NCBI RefSeq assembly: GCF_018350175.1
Contig: NC_058382.1
Location: 60,142,001-60,206,000 of the forward strand
Length of the DNA stretch: 64,000 bases
From: Felis catus
Lineage: Eukaryota
Direction: 5' to 3'
The position numbers were made by a program, and so were the translations under genes. The notes under the pieces were generated by a model, which worked only from the letters and a program-made list of their open reading frames with translations, did not search any database and was not told the DNA's origin. How positions within the stretch are numbered: position 1 is the first letter of the stretch; the number at the start of each line of letters is the position of its first letter. Positions 1 through 12,431 of this stretch are shown here, one piece after another.

Positions 1-1995
1 AGCTCAGGGAATTAATCCCTCACGGGAAAACCTTCCCTAACTAGAAATGGTGGAAAATATAATTGAAGCCGTAAAGGCCAGAAGCGGCGAGTTTGGTGTT
101 GATTAGTTCCAAAAACATCCTAGAGAAGTCACGGAAACAAGCACGCCTCTCCTGTCGCCTGGTTGGGGAAGCCTGGCCGGCTGGCCACGAGAGGCTGTGG
201 GTCTGTCACCCTGTGTGAGGCGGCTGGCCTGGGTGGCGCCCCGGGGTTCCCTGCTGCTGGCTCCAGTTCTGCAGGAGGCCTTCGGGTCCCCGGCAGAGGC
301 TTGTCGTACGAAGCAGCGTGGGTGCAAGTGGGCACAGGGCACCCGAGAGCTCGTCCTGGAGGGTCTTGGTCTCTCGTGAGCAGCACGGACAGTCGTTTCA
401 GGCTTGGGGACGATGCGTCGGTGATGCTGGCTGTCGCTTTAGGCCCGTCGTGTGTCCTCTGACTGTCACCGACAGGTCGGTCTCGCGCCGGGCAGTGGTT
501 TGGGTGGGAAGGATATTAACCACGTTTCGCGAGAGGTTGGATGAAGTGATTATTTAAATGTAGTTTTACAGTATTTTATGAGGCTGAAGTGTTGTCGTCT
601 TTGAGGGGCTCAGAGAAGTTGAGGCCGAAGGAGCTTTATAACACGCAAAGCGCTTCCAACCGTGTGGCCACACCGCGTGCTGGTGGAGTACTCACGGTCC
701 TCCCTGAGCCCCTTTGGTTGATCTCGCATCAGAGTTTTGTGACCAGTCAAGGGAGGGGTCTTCAAATCAAGGGCAGGCCTTACAGTCAGTTTCACGTGTT
801 TAAGAGGTTGAATCAGATAGTTTTAATACCATCAGATCCACAGATTTTATTCATTTCTATTCTCTGCAGCACTTAGTACGGTATTGTTATCCGTTCTTAA
901 TGAATATTGATGAATGAATTCAGTAATGATTATTCCAAATTAGCTCTTAGTTAATTGTAAGATGTGCGGATGGAAGGCATTTCCAAACATTTTTAAGCTG
1001 TTTAGAAATGGAACATACATTCACTGATGATTTTCATCATGAGTAATAGCCTGGAAACGTATGGGAGAATACTTATCTAATGCTTACAGCTCAGTAGGCT
1101 GAAAAGTTGTGACTGCTGAGTAATTGCAAAATTCTCTTTGGTGGGATCCAACTTGTGGAAATTTTTGTGCATGAGGGAGGTGTGGTGATTTCTTTACGCT
1201 TTTCTCTCACCATCTTTTTAATGTCTCTGTTTCTCGCTTGCGGGCCTGCTGTGTCACGGGTGGCACGTTCACGTGACCGGTTGGGCAGCCGCAGTCCACA
1301 GCCGGTGCCCGTGTACCGGGCGGTCCGGCTAATGACGCAGAGCAGCTGGGGAGCATGTGAAGGGTTCTTTAGGCCCGAAACTCCCGTTCCAGGAGCCGTT
1401 CTAGTGGGACGGCTGAGAGGAAGCCAGGTCACCACCGCAGCCCTAGGAACGGAATTTCTGAATTTCTGCTAGCAGTGAGTTGGGTGGAAGGTGAGACTCT
1501 GGAAGCAAGATGGCCATTGATACCGCTATCATTGGACAGAAGTTTCCCTTCTTCCTCATCAAAGAGGTTGGGAATGAAAGAGGGACACCCGTTAGGACAT
1601 TCCATTCCCCTTCTGACCAAACCTGGCACTTGCCTCGTGCAAACTCAGGTGCTCTGACAGGCCCCCTTGCGTGAAACCCGAGCCTGTGCCCCCAGCCTCC
1701 CTGTGGAAGGAGAGAGCTTAGTCAGTGGAGAACCTTCTCGGGAAGTCAGGTGGGAAGGCTGCCGTCGGCATGCTGTCGGTCTTCAGGGTCTGGAGACCTC
1801 GGGAGCACGTGGCCATCCTGTGGGACGCTGAGCAGGGAGGAAGCAGGGCCATCGAGGACCCACCCCCCGGCCGTTGTGACAGCGAGAGGCATGCCATGTG
1901 CCGAGTCTTGATGGGTAAGAGTCAAGAGCCCGCCTGGAGTCACACTGAGCCCTTGACCCATCAAATGACGAGATTACTACAGAAGAGAAAGTTTT

Positions 1996-2223
1996 TTGTT
2001 GTTGTTTTTTTTTTTTTTAATAATTTTTATCTTTATTTTAGAGAGAGAGACAGAGCACAAGCAGGGGAGGAACAGAAAGAGAGGGAGACACAGAATCAGA
2101 AGTAGGCTTCCGGCTCTGAGCCGTCAGCACAGAGCCCGACGCGGGGCTCGAACCTGCTGACCGCGAGATCCTGACCTGAGCCGAAGTCAGATGCCCAACT
2201 GACTGAGCCACCCGGGCGCCCCC
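1996..2223 (-). mobile_element. Can-SINE (SINEC_Fc-like), full length with TSD
   Basis: On the minus strand: GGGGCGCCCGGGTGGCTCAGTC tRNA-like head, (CT)n region and A-rich tail. The 15-bp TSD agaagagaaagtttt is at 1981-1995 and 2224-2238. Confidence 0.95.
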
Positions 2224-3632
2224 AGAAGAGAAAGTTTTCAAGCACAGTAGAACTTCCCATTTGTTTTTAACCCACTTCGAGAGTGAACCGCCGAGTATTC
2301 AATCCATTGTGTGTTCACGAGGAGTCTTTGATCTAGAAATCCTAGATCCATTCCGACCGCGGTGCCTGGTTAACAGATTCACGCTGCTGCTTTAATGGTG
2401 AGCTGAATAACTTAACAGAATCCTACGTTGTCTCACTCACTCGTTCATCTTGGGTACCTGAGGGACAGTGAGAACGCGGGTCCTTTGCTCCCGCATCAGG
2501 AGCCCGTGATGTGCAGTTGTCCCGCTGGCAGAGGGGCCGGGCACACGGGACCACGTGGGCCGCGTCTGCAGATGCCGGAGGCTCCGCCCTGGACTCCGTG
2601 AGGATTAGGTTTAGAAATTTGCGACGGTCCGTAGCAGGGCCGGTGCGAATGCCAGTGTTAACGCTTTGCACAGTTCAAGGGCAGAGGTCGGCTTCTGACC
2701 CGGTAACATCACAGAGTCAGCGTGGTTTCCACCCTGTTCTGAGCAGCCAGAAAGGTTCCTGGTTTCCTCTCACACAGGTGAAAAGGGGAACACCTGGAAA
2801 CACTTCGTGAAACACCACCGTGTCTCTTTTCTGTCCTCTGAGGATCGTCTGTAGTTCGAAGATGAAAGGGGCAACACGCCGCGGGGTTCGGGTGGGAGAG
2901 CGAGTGTAACATCCGAGACCGTCAGGCTTGCGTGTGTGCGTGCGCGAGCAAGAGGGAGGCAGGGAGATGAGCCTACTGAACTGACGGCTGCTCCGTGCAC
3001 AGCATACGTTAAGGAGGTGGAAAAACGATCGAGGAATTATTTTCTCGTGCGAACAAATACGGTCCCTTACTTTCAAAATCCAGGCCATTATTTCGTGTTG
3101 ACTCCCAAAGTAAAACAAAAGCTTGGACAGCGACCCAGACTGAGTTTTAATTCTGTTTTTTCCTCTGTGCCTCTGAGCGTGTGCAGTTGCTGTCACCAGC
3201 GGTTCTCCCTCCCCGTTTCTGCGTCCCGAGACGTACACGGCACTCGGCGTCAGGGACGGTCCCGCGCCCACCGTCGAAAGTTGGCCTGAGCCCTGAGTTG
3301 GGTGCTCTAGCTGGAGAAGAGTGAAGATGCGTGTGTGCGTCTGAGTTTGCAGCGGAAGCCTGGGGAAAGGTAGCGGTCAGGGCGCAGACCCATGCCCCCC
3401 GTGATGGCTGCCGCTGCCTGTCCCCGGATGCAGCCGCTCCCCGGGAGTGGTGCCGGTAGAGTGACACGCAGACCACCTGGGCCACACGGCCAGACGCGGG
3501 CCGCCAGCTGCTGGACACCGGGTGCGCCCGTGGTGTGCAGGGGTCTCGACGAGGTTCTGAGAGGGGCCGGTTAGTGGGCGGTTCGCTGAAGTAGGAGGGG
3601 AAACCTTGGCTCCTTAAAAATAGGCCTTCGTT

Positions 3633-3848
3633 GGGGCGCCCGGGGGGCTCAGTCAGTGGAGCGTCCGACTTCGGCTCGGGTCGCGATCTCACGGTGCATG
3701 AGTCTGAGCCCCGCGTCGGGCTCTGTGCCAACGGCTCGGGGCCTGGAAGCCGCTTCTGTTTCTGTGTCTCCCTCTCTCTCTGCCCCTCCCCTGCTCATGC
3801 TCTGTCTCTGTCTCTCAAAAATGAATAAACGTTAAAACAATTTTTTTT
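3633..3848 (+). mobile_element. Can-SINE (SINEC_Fc-like), full length with TSD
   Basis: ggggcgcccggggggctcagtcag head, CT-rich body and aataaacgttaaaa tail. The TSD aaaaataggccttcgt is at 3616-3631 and 3849-3864. Confidence 0.95.
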
Positions 3849-4699
3849 AAAAATAGGCCTTCGTGGGGTAACCAGTGGGTAAGTCTTTCTGAGAGAATTT
3901 TCTTCCATTTGGGGTGATGCCCCATCAGCACCCGAGGGAGAAACGGTCCGTGATCAGAGGTGTTTTGGCAAACGCCCCATCCGGTGGCCGTTTCTGCCTC
4001 TCAATTAAGGCTGAGATAGCAAGGATTTAGCTCAACGGTCCTCCTTAGCATTTCAGAGTCCACTGAGGCTTTGAGGGTCCCAGGCCCACGTCATCCTCAC
4101 TGTTTCCTGACCGCCTCAGTTACCCACACGTGATTGGATCAGGCCGCGTGGTGCGAGGGGCCGGCGGGGGGGAGTCGGCAGAGCTGTGCTCTGAGCTGCT
4201 TCTGTTTGCTCGTGTTTCTGCTGGCCTGCGGTGCTGAGACAGAAGTTAGCCTCGGAGGCTCTGCTTCCTCCCTGGCAGAGTGCAGCTGATGGTGACAAGC
4301 AAGGTGACCTCCGTGCCAAATGCCCGCGCTGCGGACTCAGGCTGGGGCCCCCCGCCGGTCCTGCCGCCTTGGCGCAAACTCACTGGCTCTGATGGACCTG
4401 CTCACCTTTAGGCTGAGCGATGATTGACAGGGGCCCTTCTGATGACCGAAATGTTACCTATGTGATCCGACAGCTATGGGCAGCGTGCAGGACATCCTCG
4501 GGAGAGGACACGCTGGGGCCGGGCAGGACGCTGACGTCCCTGGTTAGTGGCTGCTCTCCTGTGGCTCCGCGTGGGTTTGGCCAGTGCACAGGTGCCGGGG
4601 GAAGGAGCCCAAGCTCCACGCCTCCCTCTGCTGATCCGCCCTGGGCCGCGGCCCAGCCACGCCCTCAACCAGGGCACGGCTTCCGCTGCGTGGACTCCC

Positions 4700-5620
4700 C
4701 TCCGGAGGAAGTTCTCCTTGCCATCCGGTTATCTGTGGTGGTTTTCCGTCTCCAGGGCACGGTGGTGCCGCGAACACAGCCCGTGCTGTGCGTGGTGGAG
4801 GAGCACGTGGTCAAGTAGGATGTGCCCTTGCTCCTCCTGAGCGTCTGCACTCTCCTCTGCAGAGGCAGCCCACCCCCGGCCAAGTGTGAAGCTGCTATTT
4901 GGGTGGTATTTGACTTGGAGAAAGCGGGGAGAAGTGCTCTACACTGGAAGGTAACACGTTTGCGCTGCGTCTGACGCCTGGTGTCCGTTCGCCTCACCTC
5001 AGGTGTCCCCTCCACCGGGCTGTTCCGTGTCAGCATCCTGCACATGATCGTGGTCCCGGGAGGGTGCGGGTGGGCCAGGATGCAGGTCCCTGCTCCTGCT
5101 GAGTTGTTCAAGGTCGACCCTGCAGACCCTGGGCCACGACGAAAAGGCCCGTGTCCTTGCCTGTCTTTCGTTGTCCACTTTCTGAACCCCGGAGGCCAGA
5201 AACGAGGTGTCGCACATCAGAGGGCCGAGACAAACGCTCTGTGACACCCCTGGTCACTGTGCTCGGAGAGACCTTCTTCCTGGAGTTGGGATTCAGGGTC
5301 TTGTCGGAGGGGTTTTTCCTAAGTGGAACTTGAGATGTGTGTGGGCGAGGTCTTTGAGGAACATCCAAGAGCACGGTGCGTGTCTATGACGTTCCTTCTG
5401 TTTAAAAGTCCTGGAAAATCAGCCCCGGTGGGTCTCGAACCCAAGGCTGATGTATCAGAGGTGCCCATGGGTCCACTGGTGGGTGTTTTCTTTCACAGCC
5501 GTCTCTGAACTCGCCTGCAGCGCCTTGGCTGCCCTCTCACCCGGCTGGTCTTCTGGGGATTGGACAGTTCTTAAAATTCCGTCTCCTGAGGGCATCTTTC
5601 CCGCGTCCCTGGGAGGAAGG
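4700..5620 (-). mobile_element. Highly diverged ancient LINE-1 (L1M) fragments
   Basis: Resembles antisense L1 endonuclease-region sequence (gtggtgccgcgaacacagc…, gagcacgtggtc…gatgtgcccttgctc) and ORF1-like sequence near 5330-5430. It is heavily GC-shifted. Confidence 0.45.
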
Positions 5621-5644
5621 GGAGGTCTGCCCGCTGTCTGCCTC

Positions 5645-5910
5645 TGTCTGCGTGTGGGCGGCTCTGACTACTGCCACAGACCCTGATGTCTCACAGGCCC
5701 GGAGGCTGTTGGTCTCACATCAGGAGCCTCTGCCCGAGGGTCGCACCGCCTTCCTTGGCACACGCGTACGGAGGTCTCCCCCTCCTAGAAGGGCACTAAT
5801 CACGTCTCGGGGTTTCACCCGCCTGACCTGATCTCCGGACATCGTCACACGAGAAGTCGTGGCTTCGACATAGGGATTTGGGGCGGGACACAGACACTCA
5901 TCCCATAGCA
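5645..5910. mobile_element. MLT1 (ERVL-MaLR) solo LTR remnant
   Basis: Contains aagggcactaatc…, ggcttcgacatagggatttggggcgggacacagacactcatcccatagca, which resembles the MLT1A/B terminus. Confidence 0.7.
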
Positions 5911-6699
5911 CCTGGTCTATTCCCAGAAAGGATTTGGGACATTGTGACGGATCTCTGGGGGTTTGTGGCTGCTTGTCCTCGGACGCTCGCTTGTGAGCAG
6001 ACAGTAATCCTCCCGTACCTCACTTCTTCACCCTGGAGTTCTCAGACGCTGCCCCCAGTGTCCTGGGGGAGGGCTCAGGCCCAGGGGGGCGCAGGGTCCA
6101 GTGTTCGCCCTGCGCTGGTTCCAGGAGGAGCATGCCCTCCGCACATGGGGGGAGGTGCCTCTTCTGCAGGTTAACAGGGTAATGAGAGCTGGGTCCAGAA
6201 CGGGCCGGTTCCTAATGGAAAATTGGAACGTGACTGTTTAAGAGACCATCGCCTGTTTCGTCTTGATTTTGCCGGGTTTCTCACAATTGCCCTTAAGCAA
6301 CGTGAGCATCTTCAGAGTCCCGCCGGCGTCCAGCTGGTCTTGTCCGCAGCCCGGCCCTGCCGTCGTCTTGCCCGTGTGCCTCGGCCAGTGGCATCTCCCG
6401 CGCGCCGGCCGTGTCCGTGGCCCGCCCGGACCCCCTTGCCTGTTTGCACGCTCGGGGGCCCCCGGCCCTGCCAGTGAGGAGAAGCCTGTGGGTTGGCCCT
6501 GTGGGAGGGCCGGGGAGAAGGCTGCCCCCCGAGCCACCCGGAGGCCCTGCGTGTGAGCGCCCGGCAAGGGTGGGGGACAAGAGAAGAGCCGTCGGCACTT
6601 TCTCTGGAAGGAAGGGGCCTGAGCTCCGTCAACCGGAGACTTGACTGGGCGGCCCTGGGCATGGGGTTACTGTGATCCAGCCGAGGGTCTGAAGGTCGG

Positions 6700-7340
6700 G
6701 AGTCTGTTCCCGAGCTACCACCCCACGATCAGCGCCCCCCAGTGCGTGGTTTAGACAGCAGTGTGCTCTCTCACAATCGGGCGGCCTGAGGTCTACTATT
6801 CATCGGGGCTGCGTTCCTTCTGGAAGCTCAGGGGGGCATCTTTGCCTGCCGCTCCTGGGGGTTCCAGGCATCCCTGGGCTGCGGCCACATCCCTCCACCG
6901 CCTCCTCTGTGGTCACGTGGCACCCTTCTTCCCACGTGGTCCAAATGTCTCTCTTCTTAGGAGGACGGGTACTTTTGGATTGGGGCCCGCCCGACTCCCA
7001 CATGACTTCTGCTTATAGCTTAATCTCATCCTCCCGGATCCTGGGTCCACATTTTATTTACTCGCTTTTTAAAGTTTATTTATTTTGAGAGAGAGCGTGC
7101 GCAGGGGAGGGGCAGAGAGAGAGAGGAGGAGAGCATCCCAGGCAGGCTCCACGCTATCAGCACGCCATCAGGGCCACGTGTGGGGCTCGATCCCACGAAC
7201 CTGAGATCGTGACCCAAGCTGAAGTCAGACACCTAACCGACCGAGCCGCCCAGGCGCCTCCACGTTTACAGGTCCCCCTTACAGGTACTGGAGCTCAGGA
7301 TGTGGACGTTCCTTTTGGGGGACACAGATGGACCCGCCGC
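6700..7340. mobile_element. MLT1 LTR remnant interrupted by a SINE
   Basis: MLT1-like motifs lie on both sides of the SINE: ctctctcacaatc, ttccttctggaagctcagggg, ttggattggggcccgccc, acaggtactgg…tgtggac…ttttgggggacaca. Confidence 0.7.
7052..7260 (-). mobile_element. Can-SINE inserted in the MLT1 LTR
   Basis: T-rich tail, gagagaga block and …ccgagccgcccaggcgcc head on the minus strand. Imperfect TSD tccacattt/tccacgttt. Confidence 0.9.
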
Positions 7341-10300
7341 GCCCCTTCTCGGACCCGCGTGCCCTCGAGGTGTGTAGTGACCGGAGGTCCGGGCTGCGGA
7401 GCAAGCCACTGTGAGGTGCCGGTGTGCGGTGACGTGCCGGTGCGGCGGGGCCTTGGGGAGCGGCCTGAGCCTGCCCGCCGTGTACGCGTGGCTGTCCTTC
7501 AGGGAACACGCGGGGACGTGTGGCGGGGGCCGTTTTGCATGTGCCTCCCGGTGCCGGAAGTCAGGGTGTGCTTTGGGACTGGGCTGTGGGGTCGGGGCCG
7601 GACGGGGCGAGGTGTCCGTCCCTAGACGTTCTCTGCTTGGTGTGCGGTAACCCTGGCTCAGCAGAGATAGCCGTTTCTGAACCTTGCTTTGCGCAGAATG
7701 AAGACGCCGTGCCGACTGGGGCCACGGCACCCGGTGTGAGGCACGTGCAGGCGCGCGTTAGTGGGCAGCTTGTGTGTGTGCCTCCTCCGTGACGGACTGT
7801 TCGCGTCTCCCTGCGGACGCACGTGCGCCTGTGACAGGCACCCGTCCGGGTCTCGTCTTTCCCTCCAGAGCCTGCGGGCCGCACCCTCCCTGTGCCACCT
7901 CTGGCTTCCCCGGAGCTGGCAGGTGTTAGTCGGCATTTGCAGCTCCCCTGAGACACAGGTGCTCACAGACGCTTCCCACAGAATTGAGCCCAGTAGGAAG
8001 GTGGCATCGCTCCTTCTAGTTCTTTCTTTGGCCGCACGGTGAGCACAGCGAGAACTTTGCTTGTTCTGTGCAGTGAGTTTCTAAATCAGCGAAGTGACCA
8101 GAGCCACGGGAGCGGGAGCAGAAGCAGCGTGCGTGGCCGTGGCTGCCGCTTCAGCTCGTCACGGTCGCAGAGTGTGCAGGTTGGCAGGCCGGGTGCCCCC
8201 AGGCACCCCTCCCTTTCCCGAGTGGGTGTGACCGTCGCTGCGCCGGGTTGAGAGTCACAAGATACACAGAACTGTCTTCTGTGTCGCCTGCTCCCCGTCC
8301 ACCCCGTGCGCCCCTTCTAGAAGCCAGGGGCCTGAGACCCACGGGCAAAACTGGAGGTCTTTGGACTTGACTTTGAATCATTACCCTCCCCAGACCCCGC
8401 CCCGCCCCAGTCTACTAGGAGGTTGTAAGACACGTGGTTAAGATTTGTTCCCAGGAATGCTGTCCTATCTGGAGTGACGGGCGACGTGTACCAAGTGTCT
8501 CCAGACGTCCGTCTCTGCTTTACTGTGTTTCTTCGGGTTTTGCTTTGCTTTCTCCCCAGAATGCGTTGGAGGTTTGGGCTCCGATGCTGGAACAAGCCGC
8601 AGAGCGGGCGGCACAGACTCTTTATCGCTGCCTGCCGCCTAGCGTCCTTACGTGAGCGGGGTCCGGACGCCGGCCCCTGGGGCCCTCCGACCCGCAGGCC
8701 TCCGAGGAGTTTTCTCTGCAGGTCTGAGGAGTGACCCCGGAGGAGCGGTGTTCTGCGTCTGCCCGTGACTCCCTTCTGTTGGTGCTCATTTCTGACCGTC
8801 TACTCGCGGCGACTCGGTTCGCGAAAGCACTCAAAACGGAGCCTGGGAAACAGGAGTGTTCCCGTCAGGGGTTTAGAGGCTTAAGGATGATCGTTTGTTT
8901 CTGGCGTTTGCTGTGCAAACGTACGAGAAAGATGTGGGGCTGGCGGACCTCCTGGCCAGTGGTGCTTGGGGACACCCTTGGGACAGGCTGACGGACCTGG
9001 TTCTCAGCTCCTTGTTTTCCTGTCACCGGGAAGCTACTTCTTGGCTTCACATTTAGATTTGAAAAGATTGCTCTCCTTGAGTCTGTTTCCTTAGCGAGTC
9101 GGATGCCAGAATGAATGACAAAAACAAGTAAGCGACCTTGTGTTCCAAGACACCTTTGGATTTCCTGGCCTCATCTTTGTTCCTGGCCACACACGCTTAA
9201 TTAGTCAGAAGTGGGTCTTAGGTTTTGTTTTGTTTCATCTGAGCACATTCCGGCTTGGATTTGGAATTTTGTATCTAAACATTACTGAAAAGTCCTTGGA
9301 CTTCTTGAGTTTATTTTAGGTTTGTAGCTGTTTTGTATTACTTCATTTGGGCATTAAACAGTCTCACAGTTGGCACCATATAGAGGGAAACCGGATGGGT
9401 GCCCTCCAAAATCCGGTGCTCTTGGATCCAGGAGTCCCTCCGTAGGCTGCTTCAGACACATCCCCTATGCCATTAATGGTCCCTCGTCTGCCAGTGACGG
9501 GCCTGTCTCACTACTGTGCGGGGAAGCCCTGTCCGGGAGGCTGGGAAGGCGGCAGGTGCGTGCGTTCTCCGCGGGGTGGCCGCGGGGTGCTCCCAGGTCA
9601 GCCGCAGGAAGCCTAGATGGGTGCTTTTGGCTGCTGGCCTGGGAGCTCGCTGCATTCCTGTTAGATTTTTCTACATTCCCGACCCTGTTGGAAAAGGCCA
9701 CAAACACCAAGGTGGGAAGGAGCCGGGAGCTCACCATCGGAGACGTCCCGCTCATTCTAGGGCAGGAGGGAGGCGGCGGTGCTGGGCTCTCGCCCCCCAA
9801 CAGGGCAAGGATGGGCTGCGCACTTGCGGTGGGTTCGTGGTGGGGCGCCACCGTGATCCGTGCGACAGTGGCACGTGACCTCATTTTTGCTGCTCTGTAT
9901 TTTCGATTTGACGTAACTAGGCTTTATTCCTCACCAGTTTGAAAGCAGGTCCAAATGTACACATCGCGTCTCCGCCTGCTGTGTGTTTCAGGCGGCTGCT
10001 GGAGCTTTGAGCTGCTCTCAAACCATGGCAGGCAAATGAGATTCTTGTGTGATTGATTTCTGTAGCGTTTTTACTTTCACCCGCTTCACGGGAAGTGTGT
10101 CATCCTAGTAAATCACAGCTGCGGCGGGGGCACGTGACAGAGCGGACCGTCCCCTGCCCCCTGGCCTCCTTGTGAGTGGCTCCGTCTGAGAGCCTCCCCG
10201 AGGCCCTGTGGGGCGCCACCTGCCGGGCCCTCTCCTCTTAACCGCTGTCTCTGTGCCTCTCTGTATGCCCTGGTCCCGGCCTGCCTTGCGCTGGTCACCG

Positions 10301-12431
10301 ACACCTTTCTCTGCCCTGACTGTGGCCTAGAAAGGAGGGGTCCTGTCCCAAGCCCTGCTCGGTTAGTGCGGCTCATTCTTTGATTGTCACACGGCACTAG
10401 GTGAAGGGTAGACTGATACACTTGTCGGTCGGTGGGTTTCCTTCCTCGCGCCACAGGGGTGCCGGCCAGTCAGCGGTCGTGACGTGCCCTCTGTGCGCAA
10501 GCTCGCGGAGGTTCTTTCAAACCTGCTCTTAACAAACGTGTTCCGATGGCTGGGAAACCGGTGATCTGTAACTTGGCCGTCCTCCGGTCCGACCTTCTAG
10601 ACCTCCTCCTCCTTCGTCCTCCCTTCAGGGCGAGAACAGACTGCCGTGCAGGTCCAGGTCGTGGATGCTGTTTTGTGGCCCCGGGTGAGACGAGGCCCCC
10701 ACGTCTGTCTGCCGGACTGCGGTGTGACAAGGAAGCCCTGAGAGGCCGGCTGGCTGGGCTTGGGCGGGAGCCCCCCACGGGCAGAACAGTCTCTTGCCCG
10801 CTCCTTCCTCCCTTAAGAGAGCTTTTCCAAATTTTGAGGACTACCTGAAAAGCGTCGCAGATCGCTTCTGTGTGGCGATGTCTCTGCCCGTGGCAGAGCC
10901 CCGGCCGGGGTGCCGATGTGTGTGGAGGTCAGCCCGTGGTGGGGGACGTGCCCTTCGAGGAGCCGAGTGTAGCTGCACGGGAAGCCGGTGAGCAAGGGCA
11001 GGCCGGGGCGGTGGCCTGGGTCCCGGGTCCCGGGGGCGCCGTCCCCACCCGGGGCTGCTGGAGGTCGGCGTGCGTGAAGCCGGCCTGGAAGACGCTCTGT
11101 GATCCGGGTCTCGGTGGAGCCTCCCCGCACAGCTTCCTCCGCAGCCAGCCCGGCTCCTGACGCAGCCCCCCAGCGGCCTTTCCGTCCCCTGTGGTCCCCA
11201 GAGAAGTTGTCCCCCTGCGGGGCTCTTGCCGCCTCCCTTTCTCCTGGGGCAGCGCGACGCCCCCTTCCGGCCACGTCCCCAGCCCTTGACTTCGAGGTCC
11301 CCGCGGTGAGCAAGGGCAGGGCGCTAAGTGCCCGGAAGGCCTTTCCCACCAGTCCCGTGCGCGTTGACTTAGACTCATTCCCGACTCGGCCGTCAAGAGC
11401 CACCAGTGCGGGCACGTTGAGGAGGTGTGGTGTTTGGAATGAAGTCTCAGGTGGAAACGTTTTCCTGTCTTTACTTTCACTCACCAGCCAGGCTGGGGAT
11501 GTGTCTCCTTCGATACCATAAGGAAGCACGTTCGATGCTGCGGTTTCTGACGTTCCAGTTCTTGCGATTTACTCAGTCGTGTGGCTCGTGTGAAAAGTCA
11601 CCTCGTTGGCAGTGCTGACAAGGAACAGTTCACCCTCAGGAAACTGTAACCTGCCCTCCATCGAAGGGGTGGTGGCTCACGGCCAGGGCCAGAGTCAGAC
11701 GGAGCCTCGCCTGGAAACGGCCCCATGACTGCGCGGCTTTCGTGAAAACATAGTTGACGATCTGACCCTAAACCGGCGTATTCAGGGATCTTTTGTATCG
11801 CGCGGTGGTGACTGCGTTACCTCATGCTTTAGCTCCCGGGTTTCAAAACGTCGTGTGGTCTTTAAGTTCAGTCTGGGGTGCAGCAAAACCATGCTAAAGT
11901 GGGGCTGGCTTCGCTGCACGGGTCCCCCGCTCCGGCCCCTCCTCCCGCCTTCTCCCCCCACCGAAGGGCACCGAGGACACCGTAAATGTCTGTGCGGCTT
12001 TGAGAACTTACCACCAAGTGCTTTTCGTCTTTTCCCCGTTCTGGTCTAGCCGTCGTGAGGCCGAGTTGCCGCCCCTGTGCGAGCCCTCCCCTGAGCCGCA
12101 CACCTGTTCGCGTGACTCCGCCAGTTAGAGGAGAGGGAGTGGGGGCCACCCCTGCCACGTGGGGGGTGGAGGTACGGAGCTCAGCAGGACCGGGTCCTCT
12201 CTCTGACCGTGAGCAATCTGGTGGAGAGTAAGTCTCGGGAAGAGAAAACGTGAATGCTACGGGGTCTTTGGTTTTCTCTGTTTTTTTCAAACCCTTCTTT
12301 CAAACACTCGTTGGTACAAATGGCTCATGATTATGGTGGAAGAGGAGCCGTCGTCGTTGTTGGGTCAGCCCTTGGAAGTGGGAGGCCAGCTCCTTGGAAG
12401 GAGACGGCCGAGGAGAGGCCGGCGTGTCGTG

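Noticed and set aside
1021..1125. Intronic C/D box snoRNA (TGATGA … CTGA)
   Set aside because: The C box lacks the 5' purine, the terminal stem is weak, and I recognise no rRNA/snRNA guide. A snoscan or Infernal search would be needed.
8314..8370. cttctagaagcc (LLEA…) as the ortholog of the human alternative BANP exon
   Set aside because: Similarity stops after four codons, no AG precedes it, and an in-frame stop follows.
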